Source: Nitrospinaceae bacterium
GTDB taxonomy: Bacteria; Nitrospinota; Nitrospinia; Nitrospinales; Nitrospinaceae
Reading direction: 5' to 3'
Length of the DNA stretch: 64,000 bases
Assembly: GCA_965223665.1 (NCBI GenBank)
Contig: OZ245011.1
Span: 3,712,001 to 3,776,000 of the forward strand
Within the stretch, counting starts at the first letter, position 1; each line of letters starts with the position of its first letter. The notes under the pieces are model-generated. The model did no database searches and had not been told where the DNA came from. It saw nothing but the letters and a program-made list of their open reading frames with translations. Positions 29,486 through 39,188 of this stretch are shown piece by piece. A program made the position numbers and the translations under genes.

Positions 29486-29546
29486 TTATTTAGCGCCCCC
29501 TCCCAAAAAGTTTCCTTTAAAAATATATTTGAGTAATTAAATAATA

Positions 29547-30947
29547 ATGGATGGCACTGACAAAGTTGAATCCGCAAATTTTATAATAAAGCTATGGCAA
29601 CGGCTGACCCGTGGATCTGTGAATAGAAAGATCTTTGGGGCGTTTCTTACAGTTGGAAGTATTACTGGGTTTGTAAAAATAGTTTCAATGATAAAAGATC
29701 AGGTTGTGGCTTTTATTTATGGAACGGGAAACTCTGTAGATGCTTTTGTGATAGCTTTTATTATTCCCAATTTTGTCATAAGTATTTTGGGAGGTACTTT
29801 TCGAGCGGCGGTTATCCCTACCTATATGCATGAAAAAGAAACAAAAGGACAAAAAGCTTCAGAAGAGGTTTTGTCCGGAATTATGGTATTAGCTCTGGTT
29901 CTTTTGACTGTTCTCTCTGTCTTGTTGACAATTTTTAGCATGCCCATTTTAAAAATATTAGGTTCGGGTTTTGATGAGGAAAAAATCATTCTTTGTCAAA
30001 AAATATATTTTTGTTTCCTCCCTATGATTATCTTTAATTGTTTTTCTAAAATTTTTGGATCTGTATTAAATGCTAAAAAGGTTTTTGGAATAGCAGCAAT
30101 GTGCGAGGTGGTAATTCCAGTTTTTGCCATAATTTTTGTTTTGAACTTTGGGCAGGATATAGGGATTTTTGCCTTGGTGTGGGGCTCGGTAATCGGTTTT
30201 ATAGTAAATAGCGTTATTCTTTATTTTTCAGTAAAGAAAAGAAATGTCAACTTGAGATTAAAATGGTATGGGTTTACTCCAGAAATAAAATCCATAATTC
30301 ACCAATATATTCCGTTAATGATGGGGCAGTTTATTATTTTAAGCGCGGATATGATTGATAAAAGTATGGCATCTATGTTGGATGCAGGAAATGTTGCTGC
30401 GTTGAACTATGGAGTAAAAGTTCCGTCCGTTATAATAGGAATCTCCGTTTCAGGTTTAGGGTCAGCTATATTTCCCTACTTTTCCCAAATGGTTTCCCGA
30501 CAAGATTGGGAAGGAATTGCCAACACTGTGAAAAAATATTTTTGGTTGATAATCCAATTATCTATTCCAATTGTCATTTTACTTATATTCTCTTCAGAAT
30601 TTATCGTCAAGATTTTATTTGAGAGAGGAGCATTCAAAGAAAGTGATACGCAGTTGGTTGGGATGATTCAGGCCATGTATTTAATTCAAATTCCTTTTTA
30701 TTTAATAAAGGCTTTAGGGGTACCTTTGCTTAATTCGTTAAAGCATAATAAGGCTCTGATGCAGAATGCTGCTTTTCATACAGTAATCAACATTAGTTTG
30801 AACTTTATTTTAATGAAACCCTTAGGGGTTGCTGGAATTGCTTTAGCCACAAGCATATCTCAAGTGATCTCTTGCATAATGGTATTTTGGTTTTTAAAAA
30901 GGTTGGGAAACGTTAGTTTAATTAAAATGGTTTTTAGGAAGTCATAA
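29547..30947 (+). CDS. MurJ/MviN-like MOP flippase
   Basis: YGTGNSVDAF, DKSMAS, LFERGAF, GIALATS; multi-TM. Confidence 0.88.
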   Translation: MDGTDKVESANFIIKLWQRLTRGSVNRKIFGAFLTVGSITGFVKIVSMIKDQVVAFIYGTGNSVDAFVIAFIIPNFVISILGGTFRAAVIPTYMHEKETKGQKASEEVLSGIMVLALVLLTVLSVLLTIFSMPILKILGSGFDEEKIILCQKIYFCFLPMIIFNCFSKIFGSVLNAKKVFGIAAMCEVVIPVFAIIFVLNFGQDIGIFALVWGSVIGFIVNSVILYFSVKKRNVNLRLKWYGFTPEIKSIIHQYIPLMMGQFIILSADMIDKSMASMLDAGNVAALNYGVKVPSVIIGISVSGLGSAIFPYFSQMVSRQDWEGIANTVKKYFWLIIQLSIPIVILLIFSSEFIVKILFERGAFKESDTQLVGMIQAMYLIQIPFYLIKALGVPLLNSLKHNKALMQNAAFHTVINISLNFILMKPLGVAGIALATSISQVISCIMVFWFLKRLGNVSLIKMVFRKS

Positions 30948-30964
30948 TTGTTAAATGATTTTAA

Positions 30965-32089
30965 GTGAAAAGGTCCATGAGAAATAAGAAAATTTCATTA
31001 ATCATACATAAAATATCCGCTGGTGGAGCGGAAAAAATTATGGTGACCATTGCTAATTATTTATCAGAAAATGGATGGGAAGTTTTTTTATTAACTTTTG
31101 ATGATGGAAACGAATCTCCATTTTATCCTTTGAATAAAAATGTGAAATGGATTCCTTTGGATCTTTTAAAAGAAACTAAAGGAAAGCTTCAGAAAGGATT
31201 TCATTTTTTTCGCCGAATCTGGATTTTAAGAAAAACATTAAAAAAATTAAAATCGAAAGTTGCAATTTCTTTTATCGCGAAAGTAAACATACTTTCTATT
31301 ATTGCTTCCTTGGGAACATCAATAAAATTAATTGTTTCGGAAAGAATAGATCCTAAATATTCATATTTTGGTTATGGTAGTAAAATTAGGCATCTGAAAT
31401 TTTGGGCTTATAATAAAGCTGCTAGAATTATTGTTCTTTCGAGAGATATGGCAAATGATTTCCCATCATATATTGCAAAAAAGATAACGGTTATCCCTAA
31501 TCCCGTTAGTATAAATAACTTGTCAATATTGGATTCGAATGGAAAATCAAATGGGAAGAAAGTGATAGCGATGGGACGATTACACCCGCAAAAGGGATTT
31601 GATACCTTAATTGAAGCATTTTCAAAGTTAGGTTCTAATTATTCGGATTGGAATTTAAGTATTTGGGGGGAAGGGGAGCATAAGGAGAATTTAATTCAAT
31701 TGAGGGATCGTTTAGGATTAAAGGATAGGGTTATTTTCCCAGGGGTTACTAATAAACCTTTAGAGGAAATGAAAAATAGTGATTTATTTATTCTTTCTTC
31801 AAGATTCGAAGGATTTCCAAATGTGTTGGTGGAAGCCATGGCGGTAGGGCTGCCCGTTTTGAGTTTTAATTGTGTTAGCACGATAAAAGACATTATTCAA
31901 AATGGAGAAAATGGAGTGATTGTTGATCAAAAAGATGCTGAAGGTTTGTCAATCGCGATGATGGATATTATGGCTGATCCAAATAAAAGAGAAAATTTAG
32001 GAAATAATGCTAAAGAAGTATTAGAAAAATTTAGTATGACCAAGGTAATGGGAATGTGGGTAAAGGTTATAGAAGAATCTATGGACTGA
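30965..32089 (+). CDS. Glycosyltransferase family 4
   Basis: GGAEK, GRLHPQKGFD, SSRFEGFPNVLVEAMA. Confidence 0.92.
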   Translation: MKRSMRNKKISLIIHKISAGGAEKIMVTIANYLSENGWEVFLLTFDDGNESPFYPLNKNVKWIPLDLLKETKGKLQKGFHFFRRIWILRKTLKKLKSKVAISFIAKVNILSIIASLGTSIKLIVSERIDPKYSYFGYGSKIRHLKFWAYNKAARIIVLSRDMANDFPSYIAKKITVIPNPVSINNLSILDSNGKSNGKKVIAMGRLHPQKGFDTLIEAFSKLGSNYSDWNLSIWGEGEHKENLIQLRDRLGLKDRVIFPGVTNKPLEEMKNSDLFILSSRFEGFPNVLVEAMAVGLPVLSFNCVSTIKDIIQNGENGVIVDQKDAEGLSIAMMDIMADPNKRENLGNNAKEVLEKFSMTKVMGMWVKVIEESMD

Positions 32090-32136
32090 TTAAATGCAAA
32101 ATTATTAATAAATCACAAAAGAAATAACATGGTGTC

Positions 32137-33405
32137 ATGGTAATAGTAAAAGATACTGTAATTTTTATTTTATTTTTTATTTGTTTGGTTCCTGCATTAG
32201 GGGGAGTCGACATTCTTTTAGCCCAAGGCTACCTTGGTTTTGCCATACCCTTCCCATCATTTATTTTTTTAATGTTATTGTTTTTACCGTTAGTTTTTTC
32301 AGGAATTTTTAAAGATGGCGGTAGGGAATTCCTTAGGAACTATCACCTGACTCTGTGGATAACCTTACCTTTGTTTTTTTGCTCCATTATTTGGATTCTT
32401 TATGGTCTCCATCCACATGCGACCTTACTTTTAAGACCTAAAATAATGCTGGTTTATCAATTTTGTTTGGTGATCATGGTAATTGCCATTGGGGCCTCAA
32501 ATTATTTTATAGAGCATTATCGGAAATTGTCTTTTGGGATTTTGGTTGTTATTTGTACTGGACTTTGGATAGATTTCTTTTTTCCTCAAACCTTTTCTTC
32601 TATTCCGTCTAGAGCAGCTGGATTTAGTTTAAATTCCAATTTAGCTGCACTGGAATTGGTATTTACTACCATCGCTACTATTGATTGGAAAAAAAACTCT
32701 TATTGGAATTTGCTAATTTTTGGTTTTGCAGGGGGAAGCATTTTTTTAACGCTATCTGTTGGAGGGATTGCTTTATTTATTGGTACATTTGGGCTTTATT
32801 TGCTAGTGATTTTGTTGCAAAGAGGGTTCAGTTTAGGGCAGATCATTTTTTTTCTGATTGCCCCAATTTTTCTTCTCTTAATATTGGTTCCAGTACTAAG
32901 TTATTTTGTGGAATCTACAGATACCTTTTCTGGAAGAGGTGCGCAGCTAAGATTTGATGAAATCCTTGCATTTTTTTCAGGAGATTTTTCTTTCTTAACG
33001 GGTCATGAAAGAGGAATGATTGCTGGTAGATTTTGGGATGATATTAATGAATCTCCAATTATTGGCCACGGGGTAGGTTACTATATCCCTGAATTAGGTC
33101 CGCATAATATGTACTTGTTATTTTGGGCGACCACCGGAATTGTTGGTTTGCTTATTTATATTAGTTTTGTTTTGGGTTCTTTTTACTTTTTTATACGTCA
33201 TAACAATACCCAGGGAATGGTGTTTGCTTTTGTTTTCTCAATTGCGAGCTTATATAACCACACTTTGCTAAGTACTCATAATATCACCTCATTTTTAGGA
33301 ATACTTGCCGTGATTGTGGCGAAGAAATCCTATATGCAATCATCCGAAGATCTAAATAAGGAAAAAAAGTTTTTATCAGGACCGAATCTTCAATTAAATA
33401 ATTAG
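32137..33405 (+). CDS. Wzy polymerase / O-antigen ligase-like membrane protein
   Basis: Multi-TM; RAAGFSLNSN, PIIGHG, PHNMYL, GIVG motifs of Wzy_C. Confidence 0.82.
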   Translation: MVIVKDTVIFILFFICLVPALGGVDILLAQGYLGFAIPFPSFIFLMLLFLPLVFSGIFKDGGREFLRNYHLTLWITLPLFFCSIIWILYGLHPHATLLLRPKIMLVYQFCLVIMVIAIGASNYFIEHYRKLSFGILVVICTGLWIDFFFPQTFSSIPSRAAGFSLNSNLAALELVFTTIATIDWKKNSYWNLLIFGFAGGSIFLTLSVGGIALFIGTFGLYLLVILLQRGFSLGQIIFFLIAPIFLLLILVPVLSYFVESTDTFSGRGAQLRFDEILAFFSGDFSFLTGHERGMIAGRFWDDINESPIIGHGVGYYIPELGPHNMYLLFWATTGIVGLLIYISFVLGSFYFFIRHNNTQGMVFAFVFSIASLYNHTLLSTHNITSFLGILAVIVAKKSYMQSSEDLNKEKKFLSGPNLQLNN

Positions 33406-33474
33406 TATGAAAGTTACTGTTGGATATTTAGAAATGTTTAGTTTTTCTCAATGAAGTAACTTAAGAACACTCTT

Positions 33475-34614
33475 ATGAAAAAAATTGTATTTGTAATTCG
33501 AGCCTTAATGTATGGGGGAGCGGAGCGGCAATTAATTACTCTTGCAAAGGCTCTATGCAAAGAGCATGAGGTGACCGTAGTTTATTTTTACGGAGGACCC
33601 ATGGAAAAAGAGTTTGCTGATTCTACAGTTAATTGTATCCATTTGGAAAAACGGGGTCGTTGGGATTTTCTATTTATTTTTAGAATATTTAAATACTTTA
33701 AACCAATGAATCCCGATGTAATTCATGGTTATATGGAAGTGGGAAATATATTTTCTATTTTGTTAAAACCTTTTTTTCCAAAAACAAAAATTGTTTGGGG
33801 AATCCGAGCTTCTAATGTTGATTTCTCTAGGACAGATTGGTTCGTTCGTCTTGCTGACCGGGTTGAAAGATTGTTGGCTAGATTTGCAGATTTAATTATT
33901 TTTAATTCTAAAGCGGGGTTGAAAATTTTTGAAAAGAAGGGATTTCCAACCAAAAATGCTATTGTCATTCCCAATGGAATTGATTTGGATCGATTTCAAC
34001 CAGACATAGGGTGCCGGCAAAAATTTAGAAAGGAACTAAACCTAGGAGATGAAATATTGATAGGTAATGTGGGTCGATTAGCTCCTCAAAAAGACCATAC
34101 TACATTTATACATGCAGCAGCTATTTTATTGAAAAGTAGGAATGATGTGAAGTTTGTTTGTGTGGGTGGCATTCAGGATCAAGAATATACAAAAGAAATA
34201 AAGGCACTTACTGAAGAACTGGGCCTAAAGGAAAAACTAATTTGGTTGGGTTCAAGGAGCAACATGAGTGAGGTTTATAATGGATTAGACATTCTAACTT
34301 CTTCGTCTTCTTGGGGAGAAGGATTTTCTAATGTTGTAGGAGAAGCAATGGCTTGTGGGGTCCCAAGTGTTGTTACAGATGTGGGAGATTCTTCGTGGAT
34401 TATAGGTGATCTTGGAGTGACAGTTCCACCCAATAATCCTGAAGCTTTAGCTGAAGGATGGGTTAAATGTATAGAGGGTTTAAAAGAAAATAGAGGAAAC
34501 CCAATTCGTGCGATTATAAAGAATAACTTTAGTGTTGAGAAGCTGGTAGAAAGAACAAAAAAAGCTCTCGGCTTAAATTCAACTGAGCTTAAAGAGAAAA
34601 CTTTAATATTGTGA
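33475..34614 (+). CDS. Glycosyltransferase family 4 (WbnK-like)
   Basis: GGAERQL, IPNGID, GRLAPQKDH, EGFSNVVGEAMACG. Confidence 0.92.
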   Translation: MKKIVFVIRALMYGGAERQLITLAKALCKEHEVTVVYFYGGPMEKEFADSTVNCIHLEKRGRWDFLFIFRIFKYFKPMNPDVIHGYMEVGNIFSILLKPFFPKTKIVWGIRASNVDFSRTDWFVRLADRVERLLARFADLIIFNSKAGLKIFEKKGFPTKNAIVIPNGIDLDRFQPDIGCRQKFRKELNLGDEILIGNVGRLAPQKDHTTFIHAAAILLKSRNDVKFVCVGGIQDQEYTKEIKALTEELGLKEKLIWLGSRSNMSEVYNGLDILTSSSSWGEGFSNVVGEAMACGVPSVVTDVGDSSWIIGDLGVTVPPNNPEALAEGWVKCIEGLKENRGNPIRAIIKNNFSVEKLVERTKKALGLNSTELKEKTLIL

Positions 34615-35804
34615 CTTCCCAGGAAGATCTCCAAAAAATTAAAATCCTCTTTCTTACCACTAATCTGGGAACGGGTGGTGCTGAAACCATGCTGTTAAAC
34701 TTCCTGGAACGCATTGATCGCAAAGTTTTTCAACCCTATGTAATTTCTCTAATAAGTATAGATAAAATTGGTGAAAAGATCCGAAACTTAGGAGTGCCCG
34801 TTTTTGCAATGGAATTAAATCCAGCTTCAGTCAATCCTTTTCCAATTTTAAGATTTTTAAAGCAAGTTCGAAAGATCAAACCAGAAATTATTCAGGGATG
34901 GATGTACCATGGGAATTTGTTTTCTTTAATAGGTAATTGGACTTTACGAAAGAAAGCATTGCTTTTTTGGAGTATTCATCACTCAGTTTATAGTTTGAAA
35001 AATGAAAAAAAGTTGACGGCTTTACTTATTCGTTTAAGTGCCAGGTTTTCTAGCAAAGTTAATAAAATTCATTACGTTGCTGAAGAATCAGCCAAGTTGC
35101 ATAAAATCATTGGATTTTGCGAAGATAACGCTATTTTGATTCCTAATGGATTTGATACTGATAAGTTTAAACCAGATTCCCATGCAAAGATTCAGTTGAG
35201 AAATGAATTAAGCATAACGGATGGTTCGTTATTGGTGGGTTTGGTTGCAAGATACCATCCAATGAAAGATCATAAAAATTTGATTCAAGCGGCAAAAATT
35301 GTAAAGGATCGTATTCCAAAGGTAAAATTCCTATTAGTTGGAAATGATATTGATGAAAAAAATATAGAGTTAAATAAATTAATTGATCAGTACGATTTAA
35401 AAAATCACGTTATACTATTAGGAGTAAGAGAAGATATTCCAAAGATTGTGGCCGCATTAGATGTTGCAGTTAACTGTTCCTATTCTGAAAGCTTTCCATT
35501 GGCTGTGGGAGAGGCAATGGCTGCAGGGGTTCCCTGTGTAGTAACAGATACTGGAGCGTGTGGTTGGGTTGTTGATAATACCGGGAGGGTTGTACCAGTA
35601 AAAGATTCTCCAGCTTTAGCCGAAGGAATCCTTGAATTATTGAGTTTAGAACCTAATGAAAGGGCTAATTTAGGTGAAAAGGCTAGAGAAAGAGTTCAAG
35701 AAAATTTTGCTTTAAATAAAATAGTTAAAAAATTTGAAAATCTTTATTTGGATGCTGTTAAAGAAAAAAATGAAACAGTTAATCCTTCCAATTCAACAGA
35801 TTGA
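34611..35804 (+). CDS. Glycosyltransferase family 4 (WbnK-like)
   Basis: GGAETML, QGWMYHGN, ARYHPMKDH, ESFPLAVGEAMA. Confidence 0.92.
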   Translation: MTSQEDLQKIKILFLTTNLGTGGAETMLLNFLERIDRKVFQPYVISLISIDKIGEKIRNLGVPVFAMELNPASVNPFPILRFLKQVRKIKPEIIQGWMYHGNLFSLIGNWTLRKKALLFWSIHHSVYSLKNEKKLTALLIRLSARFSSKVNKIHYVAEESAKLHKIIGFCEDNAILIPNGFDTDKFKPDSHAKIQLRNELSITDGSLLVGLVARYHPMKDHKNLIQAAKIVKDRIPKVKFLLVGNDIDEKNIELNKLIDQYDLKNHVILLGVREDIPKIVAALDVAVNCSYSESFPLAVGEAMAAGVPCVVTDTGACGWVVDNTGRVVPVKDSPALAEGILELLSLEPNERANLGEKARERVQENFALNKIVKKFENLYLDAVKEKNETVNPSNSTD

Positions 35805-37144
35805 TGAAGCTTAAAACCAAACTATTCTATTTAATTAGAAATAATTTATTTTATAAAAATTGGTATAAATTTTATCAAGATTTGTGGAAATTAGATCCCA
35901 CGTCTTGCCAGCTTCTTCTAAGAGATTTATTAGTTCATGCCCGTGAAAATGTTCCTTATTATAAGGACAAAATTCCTTTCGATAATAAACCAGAAAACCT
36001 GTTATCTCAGATCCCTATTTTAAGAAAAAACCAAATTCGACTTCACTTTGAAAACCTAAAAAGCACGAAAGTTGATTTAACGAAAATTTCTTTGCAAAGT
36101 TCTGGTGGTTCCACTGGTAAACCAATTACTCTAGTGATTGATAATGATTATTCAGAATGGTTGATTGCATCAGAAAATTATTACTATAAAAAGTACATGG
36201 GATTTCTTTTTGCTGAACCTACCAAAATAATTTTGTGGGGGGCTCATAGGGATATCAAACAATTTCAGGGGTTAAGGGCTAAGGTTTCTCACTATCTAAG
36301 TAACATTACTCTATTAAATGCTTTTGAAATTTCGGATCGTAAATTTGATGAATTTATTGAAATAATTAATAGTACAAAACCTGTTTTTTTAAGATCCTTT
36401 GCCGGGTCGTTGTTTTTGCTGGCCAAATATATTAAGGAAAAAAATATAAAAGTTTTTAAGCCAAAGTTTATTGGGACTTCTGCTGAAACTTTAAGGCCCT
36501 TCATGCGGGAGTTAATCGAAGAAGTTTTTGAAACACGGGTAAGAGATTATTATGGAAGTAGAGAGGTTGGTATTATTGCGGCAGAATGTAGAAAGGGGAA
36601 AATGCATACTTTGCCATTTTTCAACCATGTTGAAGTAGTAGACGGGAAAGGGGATTCGGTAAAGCCAGGTGAAGAGGGAGTTTTGTTAGTTACTGGTTTG
36701 AAGAATTATTCTATGCCCTTAATTCGATATGAAATTGGAGACACTGCAGTATTGGGAAGTTCTTGTGATTGTGGAGGAGATACTCCTGTATTAGAAAAGG
36801 TTACAGGAAGAATTACAGACCACTTTGTTACTTCCACTGGGAAAATGGTCCACGGACAATATTTTACTCGACTGTTTTATTTCAGCAAATGGGTAGGGGA
36901 GTTTCAGATATTGCAAAAAGACTTTAATTTAATTGAAATACAATATGTCCCAACTAATGATCCTTCACAAATGGAAATTGAGGAAATTAATATAAAAGTT
37001 CGTAAGGTTATGGGAAATGAATGTGAAATTAATTGGGTTAAAATGGATTCAATTCCCCCAAATGCGGTTGGAAAAAGATTGTTTACACGAAGTTTTGTGT
37101 TTGAACAAGGGATGGATTTTAATACAAAAGATATGGTGAAATGA
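35801..37144 (+). CDS. CapK-like adenylate-forming enzyme (paralog 3, within the EPS operon)
   Basis: SGGSTGKP, DYYGSREVG, MPLIRYEIGD; overlaps both neighbouring GT4 genes. Confidence 0.88.
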   Translation: MMKLKTKLFYLIRNNLFYKNWYKFYQDLWKLDPTSCQLLLRDLLVHARENVPYYKDKIPFDNKPENLLSQIPILRKNQIRLHFENLKSTKVDLTKISLQSSGGSTGKPITLVIDNDYSEWLIASENYYYKKYMGFLFAEPTKIILWGAHRDIKQFQGLRAKVSHYLSNITLLNAFEISDRKFDEFIEIINSTKPVFLRSFAGSLFLLAKYIKEKNIKVFKPKFIGTSAETLRPFMRELIEEVFETRVRDYYGSREVGIIAAECRKGKMHTLPFFNHVEVVDGKGDSVKPGEEGVLLVTGLKNYSMPLIRYEIGDTAVLGSSCDCGGDTPVLEKVTGRITDHFVTSTGKMVHGQYFTRLFYFSKWVGEFQILQKDFNLIEIQYVPTNDPSQMEIEEINIKVRKVMGNECEINWVKMDSIPPNAVGKRLFTRSFVFEQGMDFNTKDMVK

Positions 37145-38259
37145 AAATTGTTTTTATTGCTCACCATGCGAAAGATGTACTAAATTTTCAAGGTCCTCTT
37201 CTTAAGGAAATATGTTCGTTGGGTCATTCTCTTGTGGCTCTCCTTCCGAAATCTACCCCAGATATTCAAAAGGGATTCTCCGATTTAGGGATTGATTTCA
37301 TCCCTATCTCTTTAGATCGAACAGGGATGAATCCCCTTATGGATGTAAAATCTTTTATTAACATATTTTTATTGATCAGGAAAATCCGGCCGCAATTGGT
37401 TTTTACCACGGCGATTAAGCCAAATATTTATGGGTGTCTTGCTGCACAATTGAACGGAATTCCGCAAATTTATAGTATGCTCCAGGGCTTAGGATATGCT
37501 TTTGAAAGAACAGGGGCAAAAGGTAGGGTGGCAAATTGGATCGCAAGGACTTTATATAAGATTGCATTTAGGAAAAACCAATCAGTTTTTTTTCTTAATC
37601 CGGACAATTGCGCTACTTTTTTAAAACTTGGCCTTGTAAAAGAAAATCAAGCTGTTTTGTCAAATGGAGTTGGAGTGGATACGGAGATTTATTCTGAAGC
37701 ACCCTTGGATACTTCAAAAGTGACTTTTTTGGTAATTGCAAGGTTAATCAAAGATAAGGGAATAATTGAATATGCCCAAGCGGCAGAAACACTGAAAAAG
37801 AAATACCCGGATGTGGAGTTCAAAATTCTTGGTCCAATGGATAGCAATCCATCAGCCATTTCATCTAACCAAGTTAAAAAATGGGAGGAAGAAGGAATCC
37901 TTGAATATTGCGGAGTTACTGACGATGTTCGTCCTTATATTGCCTCTTGTAATGTTTTTGTATTACCTTCATATCATGAAGGGATGCCTCGTTCTGTCTT
38001 AGAGGGAATGGCTATGGGGAGGCCAATAATAACTACCTTTGCTTCGGGGTGTAAAGAAACCGTGAATGAGGGAGTAAATGGCTATTTGGTACCGATAAAA
38101 AATGCGGAAGCTTTAGCCGAATCGATGGAGAAATATATTAAGGAACCGGATTTGATTGAAGCGATGGGTAAAGCGAGCCGCCAAATGGCGGTTGAAAAAT
38201 TTGATGTGCACAAGGTAAATGATAAAATTCTTCGAACCATGCGATTAAGGAAAAACTAG
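37141..38259 (+). CDS. Glycosyltransferase family 4 (CapM/PglA-like)
   Basis: IKPNIYG, FFLNPD, ARLIKDKG, VLPSYHEGMPRSVLE. Confidence 0.92.
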   Translation: MKIVFIAHHAKDVLNFQGPLLKEICSLGHSLVALLPKSTPDIQKGFSDLGIDFIPISLDRTGMNPLMDVKSFINIFLLIRKIRPQLVFTTAIKPNIYGCLAAQLNGIPQIYSMLQGLGYAFERTGAKGRVANWIARTLYKIAFRKNQSVFFLNPDNCATFLKLGLVKENQAVLSNGVGVDTEIYSEAPLDTSKVTFLVIARLIKDKGIIEYAQAAETLKKKYPDVEFKILGPMDSNPSAISSNQVKKWEEEGILEYCGVTDDVRPYIASCNVFVLPSYHEGMPRSVLEGMAMGRPIITTFASGCKETVNEGVNGYLVPIKNAEALAESMEKYIKEPDLIEAMGKASRQMAVEKFDVHKVNDKILRTMRLRKN

Positions 38260-38504
38260 GTAGAAGTAAAATCTAATTTATTCTCTCGGTCTAATTCCGT
38301 TCTTCCTCACACGCTAAAAACCTGTTATAATATTGTTTTTAAAAAGGTTGTGCTGTTTGAGTAAAAGAGGTTGTTAAATCTTTTTGTCATCATAATCTAT
38401 TTTTTCATTGGTTCCTTTTGGTTTTTCTAAAAAGGAGATAGGTTATTTGTATTTAAATTAATTAATATTGGTTTTATCCTTCCATTGATTATTTAAGGAA
38501 AACT

Positions 38505-39188
38505 ATGAACAAGGCCCAAACATTCCAAGATTTTTTAGTTAACCAAAGCGCCGAAATTTCTGTATGGGGATTTTTAGTAAATATCATTTTGGCCATTATT
38601 TTTTCATTTATATTGGCGCAAATGTATATTCGGTTTGGAAATGTACTTTCAAATCGAAAAATGTTCTCAAAGAACTTAATTTTTATATCGATGACTACTA
38701 TGCTGGTCATCACTATTGTGAAATCTTCTTTGGCGCTTTCTTTAGGTCTGGTGGGTGCTCTTTCAATTGTTCGTTTTCGCGCTGCTATAAAAGAACCTGA
38801 AGAATTGGCTTATTTGTTTTTGGCGATTGCAATTGGACTTGGTTTTGGAGCGAATCAGGGACTTATCACTATTTTGGCTTTTATAATTATATTGGGAGTA
38901 ATAATTTGGCTTAATTATTCTCATTCTGTTGAAGAAAGCCAAAACCTTCATTTAAGCATATTCTGTGATACCCAACCCAAACTGGAATTAAACCAATTGG
39001 TTTCTGAATTAAAAAAGCATTGTAATAAAGTAGTGTTGAAACGGTTTGATGAAGATAAGGACACAATAAACTCCACTTTCTTGGTGGAGTTTAAAGGTGC
39101 GGATGACTTAGAAGAAGCAAAAAAATCTCTCCAAAAAATAAATGAAACTGTAAAAATTACCTATTTGGATTCCCGCGGAGTTTTTTAA
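38505..39188 (+). CDS. DUF4956 family membrane protein
   Basis: KSSLALSLGLVGALSIVRFRAAIKEPEELAYLF signature; C-terminal soluble domain. Confidence 0.9.
   Translation: MNKAQTFQDFLVNQSAEISVWGFLVNIILAIIFSFILAQMYIRFGNVLSNRKMFSKNLIFISMTTMLVITIVKSSLALSLGLVGALSIVRFRAAIKEPEELAYLFLAIAIGLGFGANQGLITILAFIIILGVIIWLNYSHSVEESQNLHLSIFCDTQPKLELNQLVSELKKHCNKVVLKRFDEDKDTINSTFLVEFKGADDLEEAKKSLQKINETVKITYLDSRGVF

Noticed and set aside
29547-30947. Calling this the peptidoglycan murJ
   Set aside because: Its position inside the EPS operon suggests a polysaccharide flippase; substrate cannot be assigned, so no symbol is given.
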